The notes: generated by a model from the sequence alone, not told the origin. Positions 9,366 to 17,956 are shown, numbered from the stretch's first letter. The stretch: 64,000 nucleotides of DNA from Dehalococcoidia bacterium (GCA_963667465.2 CAXXDN010000001.1:576001-640000), one strand, 5' to 3'. Numbers and translations are program-made.

Positions 9366-10694
9366 CTAGGCGATGTTCGCGAACATCGGGTCGTCCTCGA
9401 TCGAGTACTCGTAGGGCTTGAGGTCCTCGGGCGGGGTCGAGGCGAGGCTGATCGGCACGTCGACCTCGAAGGGGCTCTTGAGGTCGAGTTCCTCGGCCAT
9501 CTCGCGCATGGCGGGGATGACCTTCTCGCCGATCAATTCGATGTTGCGCATGTTGTCGCGGTGGCTGATGTGGCCGTCGGTGGCGTAGAAGCTGACGATG
9601 CCGGGCCGGGTCTGCTCGAGCACCTTGCGCAGCTGGTCGATCGCGTGGTCCGGGTCGCCCATGATCCAGGTCAGGTCGTCCAGGTGCTTCTGCAGCGTCG
9701 CGCCGGTGTCGGCGCCGCCGCCGGCGGAGCGGAGGCCCTTCGCGCCGGTGCGCTGGTTGTTGCGGGCCACGGCGCCGCGCCGCCGCGCGACCGCGGCCGG
9801 CGAGTCCGGCGCGCCCCAGAGGTAGCCCGAGGGCGAACTCCATACCGGGTGGCCGAGGCCGGTGAACTCGCCCGCCATCCACATGAACTCGCGCGCGTTG
9901 CGCATCGCGTGCTCCATCGTGTCCTGCACGTGGAAGTGGATGGTCTGGCCGAAGTTCCAGGTGCCGACCTCGTAGCCCTTCTCGGCGGCGACCTCCTTGT
10001 AGGTGCCCATGATCCGCTTCTGCGCCCGCTCGTCCGTGCCGAGGCCGATGTAGGGGTAGCGGTGGGCTGCCGCCCACTGCACGGTCTCGAGGCTGGAGGT
10101 GCCGGGCACCCAGATGCGCGGGTGCGGCTTCTGGACGGGCAGCGCCCACGGGTTGACGACGCGGAAGTGGTACTGGTCACCCTCCCAGCGGAACGGTCCG
10201 GGCTCGGTCCAGGTCTTGATGATCAGGTCGTGTGCTTCCTCGAGGCGGTCACGGTTGTAGGCGGGGTTTGCGTTCATCGCGAACTGCTCGGTGCCGCCGC
10301 CGCGGATCAGGCCGGGCACGAGGCGGCCCTGCGAGATCATGTCGATCATGCCGAGTTCCTCGGCGGTCGCGACGGGGTTGTCGCGCAGCGGGAGGGGTAC
10401 GCCGAGCAGGACGATCTTCACGTTGTTGGTGACCGCCGCGAGGATCGAGGCCCAGATCTGGATCTGCGGCTGCATGCAGAACGGCGCGTTGTGGTGCTCG
10501 TTGAGCATGATGCCGTCGAAGCCGACCTCGTCGACGAGTTGGTACTCGGCGAGGCGGTCCTGGTAGATCTGGCTGCCCGCGTCGGAGTCGTAGAACTCGT
10601 TGGAGAAGCGGAGCACGGTCAGGCCGTCGCGCTTGCGGGCCTCCTCCTCCGGGTAGGCGGACATCGGCTGCTCGGTGAAGTACATGATGAACAT
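9366..10694 (-). CDS. LLM-class flavin-dependent monooxygenase
   Basis: GFDGIMLNEHH, AEELGMIDMISQGRL, PVQKPHPRIW; start MFIMYFTEQ. Confidence 0.9.
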   Translation of the reverse strand: MFIMYFTEQPMSAYPEEEARKRDGLTVLRFSNEFYDSDAGSQIYQDRLAEYQLVDEVGFDGIMLNEHHNAPFCMQPQIQIWASILAAVTNNVKIVLLGVPLPLRDNPVATAEELGMIDMISQGRLVPGLIRGGGTEQFAMNANPAYNRDRLEEAHDLIIKTWTEPGPFRWEGDQYHFRVVNPWALPVQKPHPRIWVPGTSSLETVQWAAAHRYPYIGLGTDERAQKRIMGTYKEVAAEKGYEVGTWNFGQTIHFHVQDTMEHAMRNAREFMWMAGEFTGLGHPVWSSPSGYLWGAPDSPAAVARRRGAVARNNQRTGAKGLRSAGGGADTGATLQKHLDDLTWIMGDPDHAIDQLRKVLEQTRPGIVSFYATDGHISHRDNMRNIELIGEKVIPAMREMAEELDLKSPFEVDVPISLASTPPEDLKPYEYSIEDDPMFANIA

Positions 10695-10882
10695 CGTCGG
10701 ACCCCGTTCGGTGTTCGCCCGCGCCGCCCGCCGGGCCGCGGACCAGGCGCCCGCGCGCCGCTCCGGCGCATCCGGGGGAGCATACCAGCACATCGCCTTC
10801 CGATCGGCGACTGTTGAGCGGACGAGGCGGTGGAGCGTCCCTCGCGCGGTACCCTGTGCGTGGATGCGATTCGGGGTGCGGT

Positions 10883-11140
10883 GTGGCGAGCGTCTGGCAG
10901 CGGTTGCGTCGAGCCGTTGCCGACCGCTTCGTGGGCTTCCACACCGCTTACCTCAACTTCCGCAACTACGATGCGCCGCTGGCGGTGAAGTGGCGGCTCC
11001 TCTGGCGCAACAACTGGATCAAGGCGCGCACCTTTTCGCTGTGCTGCGGCAACCTCGGCGAACCCGGCTGCTGACGGGACTTCGAGGAGCCCCGTGAGGG
11101 CTCGGAAGACCATCACCACGAGCACCCGCACCACCACTAG
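10883..11140 (+). CDS. Putative small selenoprotein, paralog 1 (CCGNLGEPGC-U-RDFEEPREGSEDHHHEHPHHH); in-frame TGA at 11072-11074
   Basis: GTG start after GGGGTG. The TGA follows a Cys and the frame stays open 21 codons to TAG 11138. SECIS-like hairpin 12 nt downstream. Same layout in paralog 2. Confidence 0.75.
11080..11108 (+). promoter_or_regulatory. Candidate bacterial SECIS element 1
   Basis: Upper stem GAGCCC-CGTGA-GGGCTC (11087-11103), lower stem CTTC/GAAG, G-containing apical loop, no U-tract. Confidence 0.72.
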
Positions 11141-11169
11141 CGGCGGGTTCGAGGCGCTACCCTGTAGCG

Positions 11170-11205
11170 GCGAGCGGCGGACCGGAGGCGAGCGGCGGAC
11201 CGGAG
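11170..11205. repeat. 18-bp tandem duplication that duplicates the GGAGG ribosome-binding site of paralog 2
   Basis: GCGAGCGGCGGACCGGAG x2. Confidence 0.85.
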
Positions 11206-11214
11206 GTGAGCGTG

Positions 11215-11469
11215 GTGAATCCCTGGCAGTGGCTGCGCGGCCTCGTCCTCGGCACTGTGCGGAGCTGGCGCACGACCTACCTCAACTTCCGTGACTACGA
11301 CGCGCCGCTCCTGGTCAAGGTCCGGCTCTTCGCCCGCAACAAGTGGACCATGGCGCGCACGCTCTCGCTGTGTTGCGGCAACCACGGCGAGCCCGGTTGC
11401 TGAAACGACTCCGGTGAGCCCCGTGAGGGCTCGGAGCACCACCACCACGACCACCCGCACGCGCATTAG
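11215..11469 (+). CDS. Putative small selenoprotein, paralog 2 (CCGNHGEPGC-U-NDSGEPREGSEHHHHDHPHAH); in-frame TGA at 11401-11403
   Basis: GGAGGT SD before GTG (11212 or 11215). TGA after Cys, then 21 open codons to TAG 11467. Identical hairpin at the same spacing as paralog 1. Confidence 0.75.
11409..11436 (+). promoter_or_regulatory. Candidate bacterial SECIS element 2
   Basis: Upper stem GAGCCC-CGTGA-GGGCTC (11416-11432), lower stem CTCC/GGAG. Confidence 0.72.
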
Positions 11470-11540
11470 CCGGCGTAGCCCGCCGCCCCCGGACGAGCGC
11501 GCCGCTCGACGGTCCGAGGCATCCGACTCATCCGCACCCC

Positions 11541-11593
11541 CTGGATTCCGGCTTTCGCCGGAATGACGGGACGGGGCGAGCCCGGAATGACGG
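11541..11593 (-). repeat. CGTCATTCC-tagged REP-like palindromes (one full, one partial)
   Basis: Reverse complement reads CGTCATTCCGGCGAAAGCCGGAATCCAG, plus a second CCGTCATTCCGGGCTCGC. Confidence 0.75.
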
Positions 11594-11656
11594 TTCTGTG
11601 GAGGTATCGAGCGGGGAGCGAGGGCCGGAGGATGCCGAACGCCCTCGAGAGTCGGG

Positions 11657-11790
11657 TGCGCCCTTGATGGTTCCGGGGGGCGTGGGGGCTTCGCCCCCAC
11701 AGAAAGAAAGTCCGAGGGTGGGTGGGCGGGGCCGAGCGGCGCGGAGCGCGTGCTCGCCCGGGATGGGGTGTGGGGGGCGCAGCCCTCCAC
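11657..11790. repeat. Dispersed ~130-bp GC-hairpin element, copy 2
   Basis: Collinear similarity to 5133-5266; GGGGGC-TTC-GCCCCC hairpin. Confidence 0.75.
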
Positions 11791-11959
11791 AGCAGACCGC
11801 CGTCGTCGTCGCTGGCCGCGCGGCACCCCCTCACCCCTACCCTCTCGGCAAGGGGAGTAGGGTGCCGGATCGCTCTCGCGGGCCCCGCCGTGTGGCACCG
11901 GCGGGCGGCGTCGTGTAGCGTCCGCCCGCGCCCGATCGCGCGCATCGAGGGGGTACGGG

Positions 11960-13045
11960 ATGAAAGCAGCAGTCTTCCACGGCGTGAACCAGCCGCTCAC
12001 CATCGAGGACATCGACGTCGACGAGCCGCGCGACTACGAGGTGCTGGTGCGCACCGCGGCCGCGGGCGTCTGCCACTCCGAGCTGCACATGATCGAAGGC
12101 CACTCGCCTGTGCCCCCGCCCTCCGTGCTCGGCCACGAGTCCGCAGGCGTCGTCGAGCGCGTCGGCAGCCGCGTGACCTACGTCCAGCCGGGCGACCACG
12201 TGATCGCCCGCGGCACCTTCTGCGGCCACTGCGAGATGTGCCTGACCGGGCACCTCAACGTCTGCACGAACCGTCCCGGCCGCGCCCCGGACGACGCCCC
12301 GGTGATGTCCTGGAACGGTGAGCGCCTCAACCAGTGGGGCTCCAACATCTTCGGCTGGTCGGAGCAGATGCTGCTGCACGAGAACGGCGTGGTGAAGATC
12401 TCGCCGGAGATGCCGCTCGACGCCGCCGCGCTGCTCGGCTGCGCCGTGATCACCGGCTTCGGCGCGGTGATGCGTACCGCGCAGGTCGAGGCCGGCAGCT
12501 CGATCGCGGTCTTTGGCTGCGGCGGCATCGGCCTGTCGGCGATCCAGGGCGGCGCCGTCTCCGGCTGCCAGCGCGTGATCGCCGTCGATCTGCTCGACTC
12601 CAAGCTCGAGGTCGCGCGCGAGTTCGGCGCGACCCACACCGTGAACGGATCGACCGAGGACCCCGTCGCCGCGATCCGCGAGATCGCGGACGGCGAGGGC
12701 GTGCACTACTCGTTCGACGCGATCGGCCTGGCGAGCGTGGCGATGCAGGCGCTCGACTGCCTGCGCCCGCAGGGCACCGCGACGCTGATCGGCGTGATTC
12801 CCGAGGAGACGCCGCTCAACTTCGGCTGGCGGCGGCTGAGCGGCGAAAAGCGGATCCAGGGCTGCATGATGGGCTCGAACCGCTTCCGCATGGACCTGCC
12901 GATGCTCGTGGACCTCTACATGCAGGGCCGGCTCAAGCTCGACGAGATGATCACCACCCGCGGCTCGCTCGAGGACGTCAACGACTTCCTGGAGATCATG
13001 AAGGGCGGCGCCGTCACCCGGCAGGTGATGATGATGGACTCGTAG
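11960..13045 (+). CDS. Zn-dependent alcohol dehydrogenase (MDR family)
   Basis: GVCHSE, GHES, CGHCEMC..C structural Zn site, GCGGIG. Confidence 0.93.
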   Translation: MKAAVFHGVNQPLTIEDIDVDEPRDYEVLVRTAAAGVCHSELHMIEGHSPVPPPSVLGHESAGVVERVGSRVTYVQPGDHVIARGTFCGHCEMCLTGHLNVCTNRPGRAPDDAPVMSWNGERLNQWGSNIFGWSEQMLLHENGVVKISPEMPLDAAALLGCAVITGFGAVMRTAQVEAGSSIAVFGCGGIGLSAIQGGAVSGCQRVIAVDLLDSKLEVAREFGATHTVNGSTEDPVAAIREIADGEGVHYSFDAIGLASVAMQALDCLRPQGTATLIGVIPEETPLNFGWRRLSGEKRIQGCMMGSNRFRMDLPMLVDLYMQGRLKLDEMITTRGSLEDVNDFLEIMKGGAVTRQVMMMDS

Positions 13046-13220
13046 CGCCCTCGTAGCAGGCTGATCGCCTCGCCCCTGCTCGCGAGCTCCCGGGCGCTGG
13101 CGGGAAGGCTCCGGTCGGTCGCCGTGCCGGAGCTCAGGTCGCGCGCGCTGCTGAGCAGCGCCTCCGGATCGCGGTTGGCCCAGAGGCGCGCCGCCTCCTC
13201 GGCGACGTCGCCCTCGCGGC

Positions 13221-13817
13221 TCACGAGCCTGCGTCCTCCTCGTCGTCGAAGACGAGCGAGGGCTCGTGCACGCCGAGCACGACGATCTCGTCGCCGGCGG
13301 AGATGCGCCCGCCCTCGAGCACGCGTGCGCGAATCCCGCCGCGCCCGACGAGCGCGCGCAGTAGTCCCGGCCGCTCCAGCAGGTCCTGCAAGTAGTTGCA
13401 GGGGTCGCAGGGCAGCATCCCCGCCAGCCGCGCGCCGCCGATGCGGAACTCGAGACCGAGCAGGCCCTGCAGCTGCACACCGCGCGTCACGAGGTTGCGG
13501 CGCAGCAGGTGCGGCTCCAGCGCGAGGTCGTCGGCTGTTTCGGCCTCGATGATCGTGAGTTGCTGCTCGCGCCAGCGCGGGTCGCTCCAGTGGCCGCGGC
13601 GGGTCGCGTAGCGGTCGCCGAGGATTCCGGCGCCGGGCACGACCTCGACCCACTCACGCCGCTGCATCGGCGCGCCGGCCTCGGCCGCCACGAAGATGCC
13701 GATGATGCCCGGCTGGCTCCTGTCCGGTTGGTCGCTGCCCGGTTGGTCGCTGCCCGGTTGGTCGCTGTCCGGCTGATCGTTGTTGGCGCCGGAAGCGCCG
13801 CGTTCGGCGGTAGTCAT
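13221..13817 (-). CDS. MOSC-domain protein (YiiM-like) with N-terminal DQPGS repeats
   Basis: GILGDRY, LRRNLVTRG, PCDPC, GRGGIRARVLEGGRISAGD; AAAGGAG SD. Confidence 0.85.
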   Translation of the reverse strand: MTTAERGASGANNDQPDSDQPGSDQPGSDQPDRSQPGIIGIFVAAEAGAPMQRREWVEVVPGAGILGDRYATRRGHWSDPRWREQQLTIIEAETADDLALEPHLLRRNLVTRGVQLQGLLGLEFRIGGARLAGMLPCDPCNYLQDLLERPGLLRALVGRGGIRARVLEGGRISAGDEIVVLGVHEPSLVFDDEEDAGS

Positions 13818-13884
13818 CGCCGCTCCTTTGCGCCCGCGAATGCTACACCCGCAGCGCTCGTGGGAAGGCGCGGCGAGGCTGCCG

Positions 13885-14835
13885 CTACGGCGAGCCGGAG
13901 GCCGTCTCGCTCGGCGGGTGTTCGCTGTCCTCGGAGTCTCGCAGCTGGCGCAGGAACGACTCGACGTCCTCGACAAGCTCCGGCTCGGCTGGCGCCTCGC
14001 TCGTGTCGATCGAGTCGAGCGCGGGGTGCATGTCGTCGTAGTTCTGCTCGAGGGTCTCGACGAAGCGGGCGAACTCGTCGGAGCGTCCCCGGGCATCCTC
14101 GGCCTCCGCGGACAGCTCCGCGATCTGTTCGTCGTAGACGGCGCTGTCGACCTCGGCGTTGAGCCCCTGGCCGAGCGCCTGGATCAACGCGCGAGCGGCG
14201 AACGGGTGTGGCTCGACGGAGACGTAGAACGGGGCGGCGGCGAGCAGGCTGGAGCTGCTCCAGCCGCGCTCCTCGCAGGCCACGGCCAGCGGCGTCGTGA
14301 TGCCGGCCGGACCCTCGTAGCTCCAGGCCTCCGGCACGAGTCCGAACCGGGCGGCCAGCTGCGCGTCGCGCGAGTAGAGCTGAACGGGGAGCGGGCGCGA
14401 GTGCGGCGTGGCCGCGCGGTAGGCGCCGAGCATCAGCGACTCGCTGACGCCGAAGCGTTCCAGCGGCTCCATGAGGGCCTCGATGAACTCGCGCCAGCGC
14501 AGCTGTGGCTCGGAGCCAACCAGCAGCACGAGGTCGCGCTCGGCGCCCTCAGGGCGCGCGAGGTAGAGCTCGTTGGCGGGCCAGTCGATGGCGCGCACGC
14601 CCGCCTCGGGGCCCTCGCCATCGACGACGCGCACGCGCGGGCGGCGCACGGTGAAGTCGAAGAACGGCTGCGCGTCGACAGACGCGAGGGGCTGGGCTTC
14701 CCAGTGCTCGACCAGCTCGCGGAGCGCCTCGGCGGCGCTGGTGCCCCAGGCGCCACCGAAGCCGGCGATCAAAAGGGGATCGCGCAGCGCGGACGGATCC
14801 GGCAGTTGCTCTTCGTAGCGGACGAGGTCGCTCAT
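13885..14835 (-). CDS. PAC2 (proteasome assembly chaperone-like) family protein
   Basis: FFDFTVRRP, EPQLRW, TPHSRP, YEGPAGI, LEQNYD. Confidence 0.88.
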   Translation of the reverse strand: MSDLVRYEEQLPDPSALRDPLLIAGFGGAWGTSAAEALRELVEHWEAQPLASVDAQPFFDFTVRRPRVRVVDGEGPEAGVRAIDWPANELYLARPEGAERDLVLLVGSEPQLRWREFIEALMEPLERFGVSESLMLGAYRAATPHSRPLPVQLYSRDAQLAARFGLVPEAWSYEGPAGITTPLAVACEERGWSSSSLLAAAPFYVSVEPHPFAARALIQALGQGLNAEVDSAVYDEQIAELSAEAEDARGRSDEFARFVETLEQNYDDMHPALDSIDTSEAPAEPELVEDVESFLRQLRDSEDSEHPPSETASGSP

Positions 14836-14887
14836 GCCCCGATCCTAGCACTCTCAGGGGGAGAGTGCTAAGGGCTGGTTTGCACCG

Positions 14888-15601
14888 CTACCCCTCGGTC
14901 GTGCGCCGCCCCTGCGCGTACAGGAAAAACTCGGCCGTGGTCCGCACCGCGCAGTCCCAGCCGATCGCAGCCAGCCGCTCGCTCAGCTGCTGCGGCTCGT
15001 AGTAGCGCTTCACGATCTCGAAGCGGCGGCCCCCGGAGACCTCGCGTAGCTCCGTCTCCGCCGCCTCGCCGGCGCCGCTCGCGCCGCTCGAACCCTCGTC
15101 CGACGCGGAGTCGACAAAGAAGATGCGTCCGCCCGGCACGAGCGCCGCGTCGACCAGCGCCCAGAAGGCGTCGAAGCGCTCCTCCGGGACGTGGGAGAGC
15201 CAAAACCCGAAGAACACCTCGTCGTAGCGGCGCTCGGGAGTCCACTCCCAGAGGTCGGCCTGGACGTAGCGCACCCGCTCCGCGCCCAGCCCGGCGGTCT
15301 CGACTCGCGAGCGGCAGCGCTCGAGCATCTCGCTCGAGGCGTCGACGGCGGTGACTTCCTTGGCGCCCTCGGCGAGTTGCTGCGTCCACCAGCCCGTGCC
15401 GCAGGCGATCTCGAGGATGCGGCCGTAGGCGCCGAAGGCGGCGAGGGCGGCGCGCACCTCGTTGGTCTCTGCGATCCAGCGGCTGCGGAACTCGGGCCCG
15501 CGGTCGTGGCGGCCGCTGCGCAGCCACCACTCGTCGTACTCGGGCGCGCGTGCGGAGTAGTAGGCCTTCTGCTCTTCGAGCAGCCGCGAGGCGGCGGTCA
15601 T
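14888..15601 (-). CDS. Class I SAM-dependent methyltransferase
   Basis: YYSARAPEYD, ILEIACGTG, FWLSHVP. Confidence 0.9.
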   Translation of the reverse strand: MTAASRLLEEQKAYYSARAPEYDEWWLRSGRHDRGPEFRSRWIAETNEVRAALAAFGAYGRILEIACGTGWWTQQLAEGAKEVTAVDASSEMLERCRSRVETAGLGAERVRYVQADLWEWTPERRYDEVFFGFWLSHVPEERFDAFWALVDAALVPGGRIFFVDSASDEGSSGASGAGEAAETELREVSGGRRFEIVKRYYEPQQLSERLAAIGWDCAVRTTAEFFLYAQGRRTTEG

Positions 15602-15617
15602 CGCTGGCGTGCCCGGG

Positions 15618-16415
15618 TCAGGGCGCGCGCCGCTCGCGCACGGCCTCGACGAGCTGCGGCAGCACCTCGCCGGACGGTCCGCGCAGCGTCACCGTCGCCC
15701 AGTCGCTCAACGCCGTCGGCTCCGGGTCGATCTCGATCAGCGGTACGCCGCGCTGCGCGGCGAGCTGCGGGTAGTAGGCCACGGGGTAGACCACCGCCGA
15801 GGTGCCCGCGAGCATGAACACGTCCGCCCTCGAGGTTTCCAGCTCGCAGCGGTCCAGGTGCGCCGCCGGCACCGGTTCGCCGAAGCCGACGCTGTCCGTC
15901 TTCACGGGGCTGCCGCAGCCGGGCTCCGGGCACCAGGGGGGCAGTGCTTCCGGGTCCACGACGAGGCTGTCCTCGTGCCAGCGGCCGCCGCAGGCGGGGC
16001 AGCGCAGCCAGTAGATGTTGCCGTGCACCTCGGTGAGCGAGGTGGTGCCAGCCTGGCGGTGCAGGTCGTCGCCGTTCTGGGTGATGACGTGGCGCAGGAT
16101 GCCCATCGCCTCGAGCTCGGCCATCGCGTAGTGGCCGGGGTTGGGCTTGGCGGCGTGGAGCTTGTCCAGCAGGTCCTGGATGTCGGGATCGCGCTCGCCG
16201 AAGAGGCGCTCCTTCCACCAGCCCTCGGGGTCGCTGAGGAAGCGCTCGAAGCCGTCGGCGCGCGGCTCGCCGATCTTGGTCCAGAGCCCACTCTTGCCTC
16301 GGAAGGTGGGGACGCCTGATTCGTGCGAAACACCGGCGCCGGTGAGCGCGACCGCGTAGGAGGAACCGGCAAGAAGATCGGCGGCCTGCGCCAACGATCC
16401 GGCAGCGATTGTCAT
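15618..16415 (-). CDS. cobB: Sir2-family NAD-dependent protein deacylase
   Basis: TGAGVSHESGVPTFRG, PNPGH, ITQN, HG, CxxC..CxxxC, GTSAVVYP. Confidence 0.9.
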   Translation of the reverse strand: MTIAAGSLAQAADLLAGSSYAVALTGAGVSHESGVPTFRGKSGLWTKIGEPRADGFERFLSDPEGWWKERLFGERDPDIQDLLDKLHAAKPNPGHYAMAELEAMGILRHVITQNGDDLHRQAGTTSLTEVHGNIYWLRCPACGGRWHEDSLVVDPEALPPWCPEPGCGSPVKTDSVGFGEPVPAAHLDRCELETSRADVFMLAGTSAVVYPVAYYPQLAAQRGVPLIEIDPEPTALSDWATVTLRGPSGEVLPQLVEAVRERRAP

Positions 16416-16614
16416 GGGCGCTATCCTAACTGCTCGGGGCGATCGGCGCACGAGTTGATGTGAGTACTCACATTGATTGCAAAAGCGGAATCAGCACTGC
16501 CGGAATGCTTCGTTTCGCGACGCAAGATCCAGCGGTGCTCTGGATCGATCCATTGGATGCGGGTAGGATATGGTTATTCGGGACATGAACTGTTAACGAA
16601 AGGTGTGTTGGCAC

Positions 16615-16869
16615 GTGGCTATCTTTACCCCGAAAGAAGCATCCGAGGTACTCATTGGACGTGAGCGCGCATCGGCTCATGAACGACAGATGTACGTTGA
16701 GGCGTTGCAGGGCTCCGCTGCAGGCATGATCGAGTTGTCCCGTGGTGAGAAGGCATCCCGCGTCAAGCGCCTGCTTGCCGAGGCATCGAAGGAGACCGGG
16801 ATTCGTGTCCGCTCCACGTGGGAGGACAAGAACCAGAAGGTGCTGCTCTGGAAGCGGGTTGGCAGCTAA
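16615..16869 (+). CDS. Small basic hypothetical protein (84 aa)
   Basis: AAAGGTG SD, GTG start, lower-GC context, followed by a strong terminator. Confidence 0.7.
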   Translation: MAIFTPKEASEVLIGRERASAHERQMYVEALQGSAAGMIELSRGEKASRVKRLLAEASKETGIRVRSTWEDKNQKVLLWKRVGS

Positions 16870-16925
16870 CTACCGTTCTCCGCGCAGCGGACATCGAGCA
16901 GCGCCCTGACAGGTGCTTGAGACAC

Positions 16926-16968
16926 AAGAAAAGCCGGCCACCAATTGGTGGCCGGCTTTTCTTTGTTT
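16926..16968. terminator. Bidirectional intrinsic terminator
   Basis: Perfect 38-bp palindrome AAGAAAAGCCGGCCACCAATTGGTGGCCGGCTTTTCTT between convergent genes. Confidence 0.9.
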
Positions 16969-17001
16969 CCAGTGGCCCTCCCGGGCCGTGTCCGGAACCC
17001 G

Positions 17002-17787
17002 CTAGCGGCCCTTGAAGACGGGGGTCCGCTTCTCGGCGAAGGCCTTGGCGGCTTCCATCGTGTCGTCCAGCTTGCGAAGGCCGGCCATCGCCTGCGGGAA
17101 GCTGATCTCGGTCTGGTAGGTGTTCGGGCGCGGGCGCGCCATCATCAACTGCTGCTTGGTGACGCGCACGTGCACCGGCGGCAGCCCCGCGATCTCCTCG
17201 GCGAGGTCCATCGCCGTCGACTCCAGCTGGTCGGCCGGGACGACGTGGTTGGCGAGGCCCAGCTCGTACGCGCGCTGCGCGTCGAACTGGTGGCCGCGAA
17301 TCACGATCTCCGAGCCCGGCAGCCAGGGCAGGTTGTTCAGAATCGGGAACAGCGCCGGCCCGATGATGCCCGTCGGGATCTCCGACATCGCGAAGCGCGC
17401 GCCTTCGGCGGCGACGCAGATGTCCGAGGCGCAGACCATGTAGAAGCCGAGGCCCCAGGCCCCGCCCTGCACCGCGGTGATCAGCGGGATGTCGGTCTCA
17501 GGCACGCTGTAGAAGCCGAGGTCGGCGACCGGCTCGTCTGCGCCGACGATGTCGGGGGCGCCACCGGCCTGCTCGCGGATGTCGCGGCCCGCGCAGAAGA
17601 TGCGGCCCTCGCCGGAGAGCACCACCACGCGCACGTCCGGGTCGCTCATCGCCTCGTGCCAGGCACGCCGGCGGTCCCAGCTGATCTGCGCGCCCTGCGC
17701 GTTGAGGCGGTCGGGGCGGTTGAGGATCATCCGGAAGATGTGACCGATCTTCTCGGTCTTCACGAAGGTGTAGTCGGTCATTGGCAT
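17002..17787 (-). CDS. Enoyl-CoA hydratase/isomerase family protein
   Basis: LNRPDRLNA, FCAGRD, AVQGGAWGLG, FAEKRTPVFKGR. Confidence 0.92.
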   Translation of the reverse strand: MPMTDYTFVKTEKIGHIFRMILNRPDRLNAQGAQISWDRRRAWHEAMSDPDVRVVVLSGEGRIFCAGRDIREQAGGAPDIVGADEPVADLGFYSVPETDIPLITAVQGGAWGLGFYMVCASDICVAAEGARFAMSEIPTGIIGPALFPILNNLPWLPGSEIVIRGHQFDAQRAYELGLANHVVPADQLESTAMDLAEEIAGLPPVHVRVTKQQLMMARPRPNTYQTEISFPQAMAGLRKLDDTMEAAKAFAEKRTPVFKGR

Positions 17788-17956
17788 TCCTTACGCTGTC
17801 CCGTGTCGGCTGGCGGAATCTAGCACATCCTGCGCGCTGGTACGAATGTCCCCCGCGCCGAGCCGCCGTGGGGTTGTCAGCACGGCGGCGGTCGTACCAT
17901 CCTCGCAAGGGCTCGAGGCCGCGCTGAACTTTCAGCGGGCGGCGTGCGGAGGCGAG

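Noticed and set aside
11087-11432. Hairpins after the two small ORFs read as rho-independent terminators
   Set aside because: There is no U-tract, and the homologous 21-codon open frames run through them.
10883-11469. TGA as a genome-wide reassigned codon (Trp/Gly)
   Set aside because: Many full-length conserved genes here end at TGA (e.g. sufC, sufD, vapC) and Trp is encoded by TGG.
13046-13224. Possible small minus-strand gene starting MSREGDVAEEAARLW, overlapping the MOSC stop
   Set aside because: The frame runs ~130 bp into the convergent ADH gene and has no recognisable motif; it may be a remnant but cannot be supported.
13723-13775. 15-bp tandem repeat
   Set aside because: An in-frame low-complexity DQPGS linker at the MOSC N-terminus; unremarkable.
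16470-16560. Possible riboswitch (GCAAAA..GACGCAAG resembles c-di-GMP-I fragments)
   Set aside because: The required GNRA-capped stem and receptor helix are not evident.
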